From the IMG/VR virus record IMGVR_UViG_3300021335_000006, positions 62,001 to 126,000 of that record: a stretch of 64,000 bases of DNA; one strand, 5' to 3'. The DNA is from an uncultured virus (IMG/VR IMGVR_UViG_3300021335_000006). Lineage: Duplodnaviria; Heunggongvirae; Uroviricota; Caudoviricetes. The translations under genes were made by a program, and so were the position numbers. Below are positions 46,548 to 56,109 of this stretch, piece after piece. Each line of letters begins with the position of its first letter. The first letter of the stretch is position 1. The notes under the pieces are model-generated. The model ran no database searches. It was not told the origin of the DNA and worked only from the letters and a program-made list of their open reading frames with translations.

Positions 46548-49500
46548 GTGGAAAAAGAAGAAAAAAAAGAAAATCCGTCTAAGACTAAAAAGAAAGACGA
46601 AACCTTAGTCAAGAACACCATCGAACTCAATCCAACTCTTAATGAGGCAAAAGGTAAAACTGTCGTCCTTGGTTGGGGTCGCATGAATCCAATCACGTCT
46701 GGTCACGAGAAGTTAGCAAACAAAATCAAAGAAGTTGCTAAGAAGCGCTCGGCTACACCCCTTATCTATCTTGGCCAATCACAAGATCCTAAAAAGAATC
46801 CGCTTAGTTACGATGATAAAATAAAGCTAGCGCAAATGGCATTTGGTCGTAATCTTGTAGTCAAGTCAAAAGCAAAGACCATTTTTCAAGTCATGAAAGA
46901 ACTCGAGGCTAAGTTTGACAACGTAATTCTCGTTGTTGGTGCTGATAGAATCTCGGAATTTGATACTCTGCTTAACAAGTACAACGGTAAAGACTTTACC
47001 TTTGACGACATCGAAGTAGTTTCTGCCGGAGAGCGCACAGATCCCGACTCAGATGAAGCTAAGAATATGACTGCTGATACTATGTCTGCTTCTGTTATGC
47101 GTAAGCTAGCGTCTCAGGGCGATCTTGAGGGCTTTAAGAAGGGCCTCCCAAAGAAACTCCAGCGAAACGCTAAGAACATCTACGACATGGTTCGTGGTGG
47201 AATGAAACTCGCTAAACTCGAAGAAGAAATGGAATCACTCGATGAAGTGATGACTATTCAACAACGAAGAAAGCGTGCCCTTACTATGCGTCGATATAAG
47301 ACTAAGATCGCCATGGCTCGTAAGAGAATGCGTAGACGATTTGCAGACGCAAGCAAGCTTAAAACTCGCTCTCGCAAGAAAGCAATTCAACTGATTCGTA
47401 AAAAGGTTGCGGGTAAGCAAGGCGCTAACTATAAAGATCTCAGTCCCGCACAAAAAATGCTCATTGATAAGAAAGTCGCAAAGCGTAAAGCAATCATCGA
47501 CAGAATTGCTAAGAGACTTTTACCTCAGGTCAAGAAAGCTGATCGTCAAAAGTTTATGACGAAAAGCGAAGAAATGAATCCTGTACTGACTCCCGATAAC
47601 GAGACACCAAGACAGAAGCGTTACCATCAGATGTTTAATAAGGAAGGATCAATCAAGCTAGATGGTCGATTCAAAGCATTTAAGAAAAAGCAAAGTCAGT
47701 TTGAAGAAGTCAATGACGTAGAGTTGCTACAGCTTATCGAAGAGATTACTAACACCATCGATGAAAAGTCGCTCAGCGACAATGATCCGTGGGGCATCAA
47801 AAAGCTTAAGTCTGTAACAGTCAATCGAAAGCAATACGCTGTAGCCGCTCAGCTTTTAAAGAAACTACTTGCACGTAAGAAAAAAGAAAAACCCGGTCGT
47901 CATTCTCCAGTTTATTACGCTCAAGTTATTGCAAAGCAATTCGATAATGTAGACGCTAAGACTCTTGCAAAAATGGTTCAAGAAGAAGGTGGCGCAGGTG
48001 ATCGTGGTACTGAAAAAGTAACTAAGCGATACAAGAGAGACACGCCCGGTGAGACTGTCAGCGAGCAAAAGGTTGCACAAGATCCAGACGTAAAAGATCA
48101 GCCTGGGACTCAGCCCAAAAAGTATTACAAGGGACTTTCTGATTCTGAAAAAGAAGCAAGAGCAAAGCAATTCCGTAAAGGCGTAAAAGCGGACGATGAT
48201 AGTCCTAGCTCTTACAAGTCTGCACCGGGCGACGATGATGCGAAGACAAAAGAGTCTAAGCACACTAAAAAGTATCGTCAAATGTATGGGGAGTCTTTGG
48301 AAGAAGGTCCTAACATGGAACGAGCAAAGGATCAGATTAAGAGAATTCGCAATCGAGTCAGAAAAGAGGTTGATCAGATTCAAGATCGTGCGAGAGCTGC
48401 TGATGTTCAGCGTAAGAATCGTAGTACTCGTCCTCGGTTGGCAACTGAAACATATGAGTTGACTGAAGAGTCAAAAGAAGCATTGATGAAAAAGGCTGAT
48501 AAGTCCGGAATTCCATATAGTATTCTCAAAAAAGTTTATGATCGGGGAATGGCAGCGTGGAAGACAGGGCATCGCCCAGGTGCTACTCAACAGCAGTGGG
48601 CGTATGCTCGTGTCAATTCGTTTATCACTAAGGGTAAAGGAACTTGGGGCGGAGCAGATAAAGATCTAGCATCTAAGGTCAAGAAGGAATCGGTCAACGA
48701 AGAAGTCAACATGAAAAATGTTGATAAACTCAAGACTGCCGCCAGAGACTTTAGCAAAAACAAGAGCAGAAACTTTCAGTCAATCGAAGATGCACTATTA
48801 ACGATTGTGCAGTCGATGCGGGTTTTAGGGAAAAGCACTTCTGGGCGGACTGATTATAAGCACGAAGGAATCATTGATAAAGAAATCTCAAGAATCAATA
48901 ATATCTCTAGTAAAGCATACGGTACAGAAGAAGGTAAAGAGATAAAAAGCCTTCTTACTAAACACGGGCTTGTAACTAAGACAGGTAGCACATACAGTCC
49001 AATGATGGATTTGATTTACGAGTCGGTAAATGAAGCAGTTTCTCCCGCACAGCAAGCGGCTATTGCTATCTCTAAGAAAGAGCGAGGCGAAAAGCCTAAG
49101 AAGACTTTTAAAGAAGCTCGCAAGAGTCGAAAAATGTCTGCTCAAGATCGCTTGTGGAAAAGCTATAACGCTTATACCAAAAGAACAACTGGTAAAAGCG
49201 CAGACGAACGTGTAAAAGAACTTGAGCAAATGATCCAAAAAATGAAAAAGGAGCGAGAGGCTCTAGACGAACAAGATCCTTGTTGGGATGGATATAAGCA
49301 AGTTGGAATGAAGAAAGGGAAGAAAGGTAAGCCTGTTCCAAACTGCGTGAAAGAAACTGTTCGAAGCAAGACAATCAAAGTCGGTGAAGACGCTATCGGC
49401 GCTGATGAAACTCACTATGCTCTCGTAAAGGAAAGAGAAGTAGTTGCAATCGGCAATAAAGAGGATATGTTGTCACTTCACAGAGAAGAAGGTGGACGTG

Positions 49501-49892
49501 TTTGGGTATCAACAAAGCAAGTGGGAGATCTTGTTGAAGAAGTTACTCAACAGCAGATCAACGATCTCGAAAAGTTTGCAGATCGCTTGCTCAACAAGTT
49601 TGACGTAGACATCGAATTTACGAGACACTTCGCTGATCGACTCAATGATCCTCGCAACAAGCCTGCTATTACAGTTGCTGAGTTACAACGACTCTTTAAG
49701 AAGATGGCAGACAACAAGGGTAAGCGAATCAAGAAGCACGGTAACGCTGAAGCTGTCCTCAAAGATATGCAATCGGATCTGAATCTTCCCGTTGTTGTAA
49801 ACTGGAAGAACGGTGAGTTCGAAGTTGTAAACAAAACAATCATGCGTAAGAAAGCATTTAAGACGCCTAATCCAGTTATTAAGTACGAGTGA
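46548..49892 (+). CDS. Large modular protein with N-terminal cytidylyltransferase-like domain
   Basis: GRMNPITSGHEKL (HxGH-like), VVGADR, SAGER and MSASVMR, followed by many short modules; GTG start after GAGGA. Confidence 0.8.
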   Translation: MEKEEKKENPSKTKKKDETLVKNTIELNPTLNEAKGKTVVLGWGRMNPITSGHEKLANKIKEVAKKRSATPLIYLGQSQDPKKNPLSYDDKIKLAQMAFGRNLVVKSKAKTIFQVMKELEAKFDNVILVVGADRISEFDTLLNKYNGKDFTFDDIEVVSAGERTDPDSDEAKNMTADTMSASVMRKLASQGDLEGFKKGLPKKLQRNAKNIYDMVRGGMKLAKLEEEMESLDEVMTIQQRRKRALTMRRYKTKIAMARKRMRRRFADASKLKTRSRKKAIQLIRKKVAGKQGANYKDLSPAQKMLIDKKVAKRKAIIDRIAKRLLPQVKKADRQKFMTKSEEMNPVLTPDNETPRQKRYHQMFNKEGSIKLDGRFKAFKKKQSQFEEVNDVELLQLIEEITNTIDEKSLSDNDPWGIKKLKSVTVNRKQYAVAAQLLKKLLARKKKEKPGRHSPVYYAQVIAKQFDNVDAKTLAKMVQEEGGAGDRGTEKVTKRYKRDTPGETVSEQKVAQDPDVKDQPGTQPKKYYKGLSDSEKEARAKQFRKGVKADDDSPSSYKSAPGDDDAKTKESKHTKKYRQMYGESLEEGPNMERAKDQIKRIRNRVRKEVDQIQDRARAADVQRKNRSTRPRLATETYELTEESKEALMKKADKSGIPYSILKKVYDRGMAAWKTGHRPGATQQQWAYARVNSFITKGKGTWGGADKDLASKVKKESVNEEVNMKNVDKLKTAARDFSKNKSRNFQSIEDALLTIVQSMRVLGKSTSGRTDYKHEGIIDKEISRINNISSKAYGTEEGKEIKSLLTKHGLVTKTGSTYSPMMDLIYESVNEAVSPAQQAAIAISKKERGEKPKKTFKEARKSRKMSAQDRLWKSYNAYTKRTTGKSADERVKELEQMIQKMKKEREALDEQDPCWDGYKQVGMKKGKKGKPVPNCVKETVRSKTIKVGEDAIGADETHYALVKEREVVAIGNKEDMLSLHREEGGRVWVSTKQVGDLVEEVTQQQINDLEKFADRLLNKFDVDIEFTRHFADRLNDPRNKPAITVAELQRLFKKMADNKGKRIKKHGNAEAVLKDMQSDLNLPVVVNWKNGEFEVVNKTIMRKKAFKTPNPVIKYE

Positions 49893-49898
49893 TAAATT

Positions 49899-50735
49899 AT
49901 GAGGGTGATTAGAAAAGATCTACTTGAGCAGATCTTGCCTCGCAATAAAGAAATTGATGAGTGGTATGATCTACTCAACGATATGCTAGAAGACTATGGT
50001 ATCACGACACCGGAAAGACTAGCCGCTTTTCTAGCACAGTGTTCTCATGAGAGTTCACAGTTTAAAGTGTTGTCTGAAAACTTAAATTATTCTTCTGATG
50101 CACTTTCCAAGCTATTTGGAAAGTATTTTAAGAATAAGAATGTTGAAGCGTATCATAGACAGCCCGTGAAGATCGCAAATGTAATATATGCGAACCGAAT
50201 GGGTAACGGAGATACAGAGTCTGGAGAAGGATATAAATTCAGAGGAAGGGGAGTGATACAGCTAACGGGCAAAGAAAACTATACTAAGTTTGCAAAGCAT
50301 GTTGGTAAAACTCTGGACGAAACAATCCAATATTTAGAGACAAAGCGAGGTGCGTTACATTCTGCTCTCTGGTATTGGGATACTCGTAATTTAAATGCAT
50401 ATGCTGATCAGCGAGATATTAAGGCGATCACAAGGAAAATTAATGGAGGATACATCGGTTTGACTGAGAGAACAGAACACTATGAAGAAGTCCTAAATTT
50501 AATGGGAATTGACATTCATCATGACACGGATACTTCCATGCACATTGATATGCACATGGGATCTAAAGGAAATCAAGTTGTAGAACTACAAAATCTTTTA
50601 GATATCCCTGCTGATGGTTTTTTTGGAGAAGACACACAAGACGCAGTAATGAGATTCCAGATGGAAAACGATCTGTGTCCAGACGGCATTGTAGGCCCGA
50701 TTACATGGGGTAGAATGAAGTCTCGATTAGCATAA
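49899..50735 (+). CDS. GH19 endolysin with C-terminal peptidoglycan-binding domain
   Basis: AAFLAQCSHES, ENLNYS, FRGRGVIQLTGKENY, ITRKINGG; DGFFG..T..AVMRFQ..DGIVGPIT. Confidence 0.93.
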   Translation: MRVIRKDLLEQILPRNKEIDEWYDLLNDMLEDYGITTPERLAAFLAQCSHESSQFKVLSENLNYSSDALSKLFGKYFKNKNVEAYHRQPVKIANVIYANRMGNGDTESGEGYKFRGRGVIQLTGKENYTKFAKHVGKTLDETIQYLETKRGALHSALWYWDTRNLNAYADQRDIKAITRKINGGYIGLTERTEHYEEVLNLMGIDIHHDTDTSMHIDMHMGSKGNQVVELQNLLDIPADGFFGEDTQDAVMRFQMENDLCPDGIVGPITWGRMKSRLA

Positions 50736-50773
50736 ATACTAAGAATACTAAACTTTATTAGGGAATTATAAAA

Positions 50774-51652
50774 ATGAAAAAGCAACCAGTACATCCGCTC
50801 CCAGATACATTTATGAGTGCTTTCTCTAAGGCATTAGATCCTACATATAGCGCCGAAGAACAAGCTCCATCTGCGGTAGAAGATGCTGCCAATGTTATGA
50901 GTCAGCACGAGCCTGCACAAGAAACTGTAGAGCAATCTGTCGAAGAGTCATCTTGCGGAGGAAACATTCAAGCTTCTTACGGAAAGAAAAAGATGAAAGA
51001 AGATAAGCTTGATCCCGTAAACAAAAAGGCTGTCAAAAAAGACTTTGATGATCGACAAGATCAAGATATCGATAACGACGGTGACGTTGATTCCTCAGAT
51101 GAGTATCTACACAAGCGCAGAAAGGCTATTTCTAAGGCAGTAACAAAAGAAGAGCAAGATCCGCTGTTGGCTGACGAGAATCCAGTCACTGAAAACGGAC
51201 AAGACGCTATTAGCGAAGAAAAGGAAGACTGCGAGAAGTGCGAAGGCACTGGTGAAGTAGACGGCGAAGAGTGCGATCATTGCGATGGTGAAGGCTATCA
51301 TGATGACGATGATGACGATGATGACGAAGAAGATATGAATGAGTCAACTATGCGTGATCGTCAAGTGGTTAGGGCAATGCGAATCGCTAAAGACATGGCA
51401 GGAAACATGACTGGTGCTACCAAAGCAATCGAGAAGTTAAAGAAAGGATTATCTAGTCATCCTAAAGTCAAAGGCGCATTGCAACTAGCAAACGAAGAAG
51501 TCGAGCAGGTTGATGAAGCAAAGATTGGTAATATGGGCCCATATACTATGGCTCAAGTTCAACAAGCCATGAAGGTCGCCAAGTGTAAAGGTCCTCAAGC
51601 TATTGCTCTCGCTGGCGCACTTCGAGGCATGAAAGAGTATTCCAAGTACTAA
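50774..51652 (+). CDS. Modular late protein with EF-hand-like and CxxCxGxG motifs
   Basis: DIDNDGDVDSSDEYL, CEKCEGTG and CDHCDGEG; CATAAATA upstream at 50731. Confidence 0.7.
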   Translation: MKKQPVHPLPDTFMSAFSKALDPTYSAEEQAPSAVEDAANVMSQHEPAQETVEQSVEESSCGGNIQASYGKKKMKEDKLDPVNKKAVKKDFDDRQDQDIDNDGDVDSSDEYLHKRRKAISKAVTKEEQDPLLADENPVTENGQDAISEEKEDCEKCEGTGEVDGEECDHCDGEGYHDDDDDDDDEEDMNESTMRDRQVVRAMRIAKDMAGNMTGATKAIEKLKKGLSSHPKVKGALQLANEEVEQVDEAKIGNMGPYTMAQVQQAMKVAKCKGPQAIALAGALRGMKEYSKY

Positions 51653-51665
51653 TAGGAAATTACTG

Positions 51666-53687
51666 ATGAAAACGTTAAAAACTTTTTTGAAGACTACTGA
51701 TACAAAAGAGTCAGTTAAACTTGATGAAGCAACTGTGTCACGATCTGATTTTGACAAGTTGAAGAAGGGTTCTAAGATTGAGATTACATACGGTTCTTCA
51801 ATTAGTTCTAGTCAGACACGCACATTTCAAGTCAAGAGCAAGACTCGAAGTGCTAAGCACAATGTCGATAAAGTCAACATGGTTGATCCCAACAAACCAG
51901 GCGGTATGAAGTTTCATCTCTATAGTCGAGATGGCAAAGACGCAACCCTTGCACTAGGTGACATGGGGGCAACCATCAAGTCATACAAGATTCTGAGCGA
52001 GTCAGTCGATCTCGATGAAGCAGTAGACTACTTCAAGGTCGCAAAGGCATTTGATGACTATGCAAAGAAGCATGGTGGTATAGATAAGAAAGATTTCGAA
52101 CGTGTTGGTCAGTTCGTTCGTCAACTTGGTAAAGAGTCAGACGTAAACAAACAGGACAAAACGTTCATGGCAATGCAGAAGTTCATTCGTGGAATGGACA
52201 CTGATCCTCGTGATGGCGTACACCAGATATTCCAGAAGCATGGTATGTGGAAGGGTGGTCGAGTCATGCGTGAGTCAGTCGATCTCGAAGAGTCTGAATT
52301 TGCTGGCTGGATTGCTATGTATGGTGGCAAGAAGGTTGAAATTAAAAAAGGCGAAGCAAAAGACTTGTATGGTGCTAAGATGAAAGCGGCTCAAATGTTG
52401 AAAGTACCCAAGTCTAAAATGGGTCTTTTGGCAATCAAGCCTGCAGTTAATGAGTCAGTCGATCTCGACGAAGGTTACGATGAAGTGAGCATGGCGATTC
52501 GTCAGTTACACTTTATTCAGTATGCCGCTGAAGAAATTTCTGATTATCTCGAAATGTCTGGAGATATGGAAGAGTGGTATCAGAATAAACTTGCAAACGC
52601 ACACAGCATGATGCAAACACTTCACTCATACGCTGAAGGCGACAAGCGTATGACTTCATACGATGATCCATATGGCGCATTCGGAGAAGAAGTCGAGCAG
52701 GTTACTGAAGCTACCTCTATCAGAGTAGATATTCCTTACTTTGATGATGAACCAGCACGAGCCAAAAAGGTTCAAAGAAAATACCGTGTCAAGGTAGTTG
52801 ATAAAGGTAGAGATTATCAAATCACTGGTGATAAAAAGAACATTGTTAAGTTCTTGATGGACAAAGATGCTTTAGAATGGGATAAAGATGAAATTGAAGA
52901 TGAATTTCCAGAACTTTTCGAATCAGTCGTGCAGGTTGACGAAGTAAAAAGAAACGCTGGTCAATCTGCTACAGGATATGACATTTATCACAAGACATAC
53001 TCCGATGCACTACAACACGCATACGCTCATGCTGAGAAGAAGCACAAAGTAAAAGTTGATATGGACGCTGTGCATGACAAAGTTGCAATGGGTCCAAAGA
53101 AGCCTTCTTCGGGTAAGACTAACTCATTTATTCTTCCTACTAACACTAAGAAGAATCTTCACGTCCAAGTATATAACACAGGCAAGAGCTATGAACTCAA
53201 CATGTATGTCGAGTCTATAGAAGAAGCATTTTTACGAACTCTTGCGGAAGAGAATCAGAGTCTCGAAGAGCATCAGATCAAACAAAAACTTGATGAAGCA
53301 CCAAAAGTGCCTGCTGGTATGAAATTTATGATCGGTCATGTCTACAAAGGCACCAGCCACACATATTATAGAAAAGGCAACAAGATGACCGACCCCGTTG
53401 TCGTTCATATTAATGACAAGCCTTGGAAAGAGTTTAGTTCATTACCTAAAGCAAAAGTAGCGGCGATTGCTCATATTAAGTCAATGAAAGAATCAGTTGA
53501 ACTTGATGAGAAAGCAGTTTCTAAATCACAACAGAAGCTCATGGGCATGGCTCTCGCATACAAGCGTGGTGAGATGGATGATGCTTCAGACGAAGTAAAG
53601 AAGATCGCTAGTTCTATGTCTGAAAAGGATCTTGAAGACTTTGCAAAGACTAAGCACAAGGGACTACCCACCAAAGTCGAAGACTAA
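51666..53687 (+). CDS. Modular putative internal head polyprotein with C-terminal DUF3008-like domain
   Basis: Modules separated by ESVxLDE linkers; ends KAVSKSQQKLMGMAL..KRGE..MSEKDLEDFAKTKHKGLP. Confidence 0.75.
   Translation: MKTLKTFLKTTDTKESVKLDEATVSRSDFDKLKKGSKIEITYGSSISSSQTRTFQVKSKTRSAKHNVDKVNMVDPNKPGGMKFHLYSRDGKDATLALGDMGATIKSYKILSESVDLDEAVDYFKVAKAFDDYAKKHGGIDKKDFERVGQFVRQLGKESDVNKQDKTFMAMQKFIRGMDTDPRDGVHQIFQKHGMWKGGRVMRESVDLEESEFAGWIAMYGGKKVEIKKGEAKDLYGAKMKAAQMLKVPKSKMGLLAIKPAVNESVDLDEGYDEVSMAIRQLHFIQYAAEEISDYLEMSGDMEEWYQNKLANAHSMMQTLHSYAEGDKRMTSYDDPYGAFGEEVEQVTEATSIRVDIPYFDDEPARAKKVQRKYRVKVVDKGRDYQITGDKKNIVKFLMDKDALEWDKDEIEDEFPELFESVVQVDEVKRNAGQSATGYDIYHKTYSDALQHAYAHAEKKHKVKVDMDAVHDKVAMGPKKPSSGKTNSFILPTNTKKNLHVQVYNTGKSYELNMYVESIEEAFLRTLAEENQSLEEHQIKQKLDEAPKVPAGMKFMIGHVYKGTSHTYYRKGNKMTDPVVVHINDKPWKEFSSLPKAKVAAIAHIKSMKESVELDEKAVSKSQQKLMGMALAYKRGEMDDASDEVKKIASSMSEKDLEDFAKTKHKGLPTKVED
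51999..52468 (+). repeat. Three identical 17-bp direct repeats GAGTCAGTCGATCTCGA
   Basis: At 51999, 52272 and 52452; all in frame, encoding ESVDL(D/E). Confidence 0.9.
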
Positions 53688-53732
53688 ATAAGATAAATAG
53701 TAAGAATAATTTACTCATAAAGGAGAAACACA

Positions 53733-54587
53733 ATGGCACTATGGGGAAATACAGATACTTTTGCTGATGTGCCTAAGTATCTACAACCTGCAGTAACTTT
53801 TGATGGAACTGCTGTTGCTACTGGCAATGATATCACGCTGACAGCACATTCTTTCGAGAATGGAGACGAAGTGTTGTATACTTCAACTTCCGCTATCACG
53901 GGTTTAGTGACAGGAACACAATATTTTGTTGTTGGTCGAACTGCTGACACAATTCAGCTTGCGGCTACAGAAGGTGGTGCGGCTATTGGCTTGACTACTG
54001 GCGCTGGCGCAACTGACGATTCGCTTCAGAAAGTTGCTGAACCACCTGCATACTTCATCGATGTTGAAGAAGCTGGTGTTAGCACTAACGCTGATCAAGG
54101 TTTGAAGACAGGAGGCTGGAACACGCTTCGCACTTGGACCACAAACGGTGGAGCAGTAACTCGTTACGCCGCTGAGCCTATTGTTGCAATGGGTGTACCT
54201 GCAAGCGTTTCTGGTGATGCTGAAGACGTAGTAACACCTGAAGCTACATTTGCGTTCCTTGCTCAGCCAGCTACAACACTTACAGTTGCTGACGGCGAAA
54301 CTGCTACATTTACAGTAACGACTCAGACTAACTCTGATAGTGCAACTGTTAGCTACACTTGGGAGTACGACCCACTGGGCGGTACAGCTTGGGAAGATGT
54401 TGATTCGATCACTGATATCGAAGAGACAGCAGGCGGATTGGGAGTATTGGAAAGCACAATCTCGTTCCCAGCACCACTTGCATTGAACGGTGCTACGTTC
54501 CGAGTGACTGCTTCAGCGAGCTTCCCTGGCGGAGATGGCGTCACAACTGCTCCGTCAACAACGTCTACGCTAACAGTAACAGCTTAA
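53733..54587 (+). CDS. Putative head/tail decoration protein with Ig-like domain
   Basis: MALWG start; HSFENGDEVLY module; C-terminal QP...TATFTV...SYTWE...NGATFRV Ig-like pattern; GATAAATA at 53692. Confidence 0.75.
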   Translation: MALWGNTDTFADVPKYLQPAVTFDGTAVATGNDITLTAHSFENGDEVLYTSTSAITGLVTGTQYFVVGRTADTIQLAATEGGAAIGLTTGAGATDDSLQKVAEPPAYFIDVEEAGVSTNADQGLKTGGWNTLRTWTTNGGAVTRYAAEPIVAMGVPASVSGDAEDVVTPEATFAFLAQPATTLTVADGETATFTVTTQTNSDSATVSYTWEYDPLGGTAWEDVDSITDIEETAGGLGVLESTISFPAPLALNGATFRVTASASFPGGDGVTTAPSTTSTLTVTA

Positions 54588-54605
54588 TATTACATTAGCT
54601 TTAAT

Positions 54606-54630
54606 GCTCCCCTTCGGGGGAGCGCTTTTT
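54606..54630 (+). terminator. Intrinsic terminator
   Basis: GCTCCCC-TTCG-GGGGAGC followed by GCTTTTT. Confidence 0.85.
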
Positions 54631-54650
54631 GATGTGAGTAATGAATAATA

Positions 54651-55025
54651 ATGAGATTAGATGATTCTACTTTTTTGCTATATGCGGCTAAGCATTATGA
54701 TATGAAATCTGCCGCAAGTGCTGAAGACTTTTATGAAGACGCTAAAAGGTTTCAGCATGTAAAACGATTATTTAAGCGATATAAGGAAGATGGGGATCTA
54801 AGAGTACGACTAATATTGAATCATCTCATAATTATTTACAATTGCTTTGGTCCGGCAGCAACAAACATGTTGTTTCTAAAGCTTAAGATGTATCATCATC
54901 ATCTAAAGCCCTTTGTTATTTACTTGAGCTATATGCCGGAATTTATTGAGTATGAAGACGTACAAATAAAGTCTACGGATATTCCGCTAGACATAAACAT
55001 AGTCCAAGAGTTACGGAAAATATGA
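54651..55025 (+). CDS. Conserved hypothetical T4-like phage protein
   Basis: FLLYAAKHY...RLILNHLIIIYNCFG. Confidence 0.8.
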   Translation: MRLDDSTFLLYAAKHYDMKSAASAEDFYEDAKRFQHVKRLFKRYKEDGDLRVRLILNHLIIIYNCFGPAATNMLFLKLKMYHHHLKPFVIYLSYMPEFIEYEDVQIKSTDIPLDINIVQELRKI

Positions 55026-55600
55026 TCGTCGATCTTTTTTTAGTATATCAGTTCATTAAGAGACTTGCGACTCCCTTCAAGGAGTGGAAGGCTTATGAGC
55101 TTGGTATTATCGACGAGAATGGAAATCAACTGAAAAAGCGTAAAGAATTCACTCGTCGAGAAGAAAAAGACGCATTCGGTATATTCGACATCATGATCAT
55201 GAAGTTAAAGCGACTTTTAGAAAAAGTGCCTGGTGGCAAGAGTCGATTAGCTTCTTATGCTGCAGCCCTCTATCTAATCAAAGAGAGCGAAGAAATCCAG
55301 AAATACAAAGAAGACTTACTTACAGAAGAATACGTTGAGTGTAAGTTGGACGAATACATGAGCATGGTAGTTAACATGTATTCCGATGATAGTATTAATC
55401 ATTTATTTGAAAATACTATCGACGAAGAAGTTCCAGCAAATTCGGCTGGTTCGGGTAACGTGGCAGGTATAGGCGTGGGACCTCAAGGAGAACCAGGTGT
55501 CTCCAAGCGGGCTCAGAAACGTCTACAAAAAAAGAAAAAGAACTCTATAATTAAAAGGGTCCTGCACACAGGAGTAAACAAAGATGGACACTCAGAATAG
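55022..55600 (+). CDS. Conserved hypothetical T4-like phage protein
   Basis: TPFKEWKAYELGIIDENG...YAAALYLIKE. Confidence 0.8.
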   Translation: MIVDLFLVYQFIKRLATPFKEWKAYELGIIDENGNQLKKRKEFTRREEKDAFGIFDIMIMKLKRLLEKVPGGKSRLASYAAALYLIKESEEIQKYKEDLLTEEYVECKLDEYMSMVVNMYSDDSINHLFENTIDEEVPANSAGSGNVAGIGVGPQGEPGVSKRAQKRLQKKKKNSIIKRVLHTGVNKDGHSE

Positions 55601-56039
55601 TATTCATGAAGTAAAGTCTGATGTGGAGATTTTAAAGAGAGACGTTAGTAACATGCAAGGATTATTAGCAAAACTCGACACTGCAATCGACAAAATCGCT
55701 ACAGTATCGTCAGACGTTGGAAAAATATTGGCGGGCCAAGAAACTCGACTTGAGCAAGTAGAGTATGAAAGTAGAGAGTCAAAGCGACTGACCGAAAAAG
55801 AGACCGATCTAATACATGGGCGTATCTCTCAGAAAGAACATGAAGTTCGAATCGATATGGAGCGTAATCATAGAGAGCTTATGGAGTTTCTTCGTGTTCA
55901 TGATGAAAAAAGCACAGATGCCTGGAACAAGGTCGAAGATCGAGTTACTAAGCTAGAAAGCTGGAAGTTCTATGCTATTGGAATTGCTACTGCTCTTGCA
56001 TTCGCCGCTGTACAACTCAAGGATATAATTGCAGTCTAA
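55584..56039 (+). CDS. Coiled-coil protein with C-terminal membrane anchor
   Basis: Heptad pattern, then RVTKLESWKFYAIG and a hydrophobic tail. Confidence 0.75.
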   Translation: MDTQNSIHEVKSDVEILKRDVSNMQGLLAKLDTAIDKIATVSSDVGKILAGQETRLEQVEYESRESKRLTEKETDLIHGRISQKEHEVRIDMERNHRELMEFLRVHDEKSTDAWNKVEDRVTKLESWKFYAIGIATALAFAAVQLKDIIAV

Positions 56040-56042
56040 CTA

Positions 56043-56071
56043 TTGACAAGAACACATCTAGATGGTATAAT
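56043..56071 (+). promoter_or_regulatory. Sigma70-type promoter for primase
   Basis: TTGACA-N17-TATAAT with extended TG. Confidence 0.8.
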
Positions 56072-56109
56072 TTTTTTATCGCAAATCATAATATCACCTA
56101 GAGTATTCT

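Noticed and set aside
51999..52468. 17-bp repeats as a CRISPR array
   Set aside because: They are too short, the spacings are 273 and 180 nt, they are in frame inside a CDS, and no cas genes are present.
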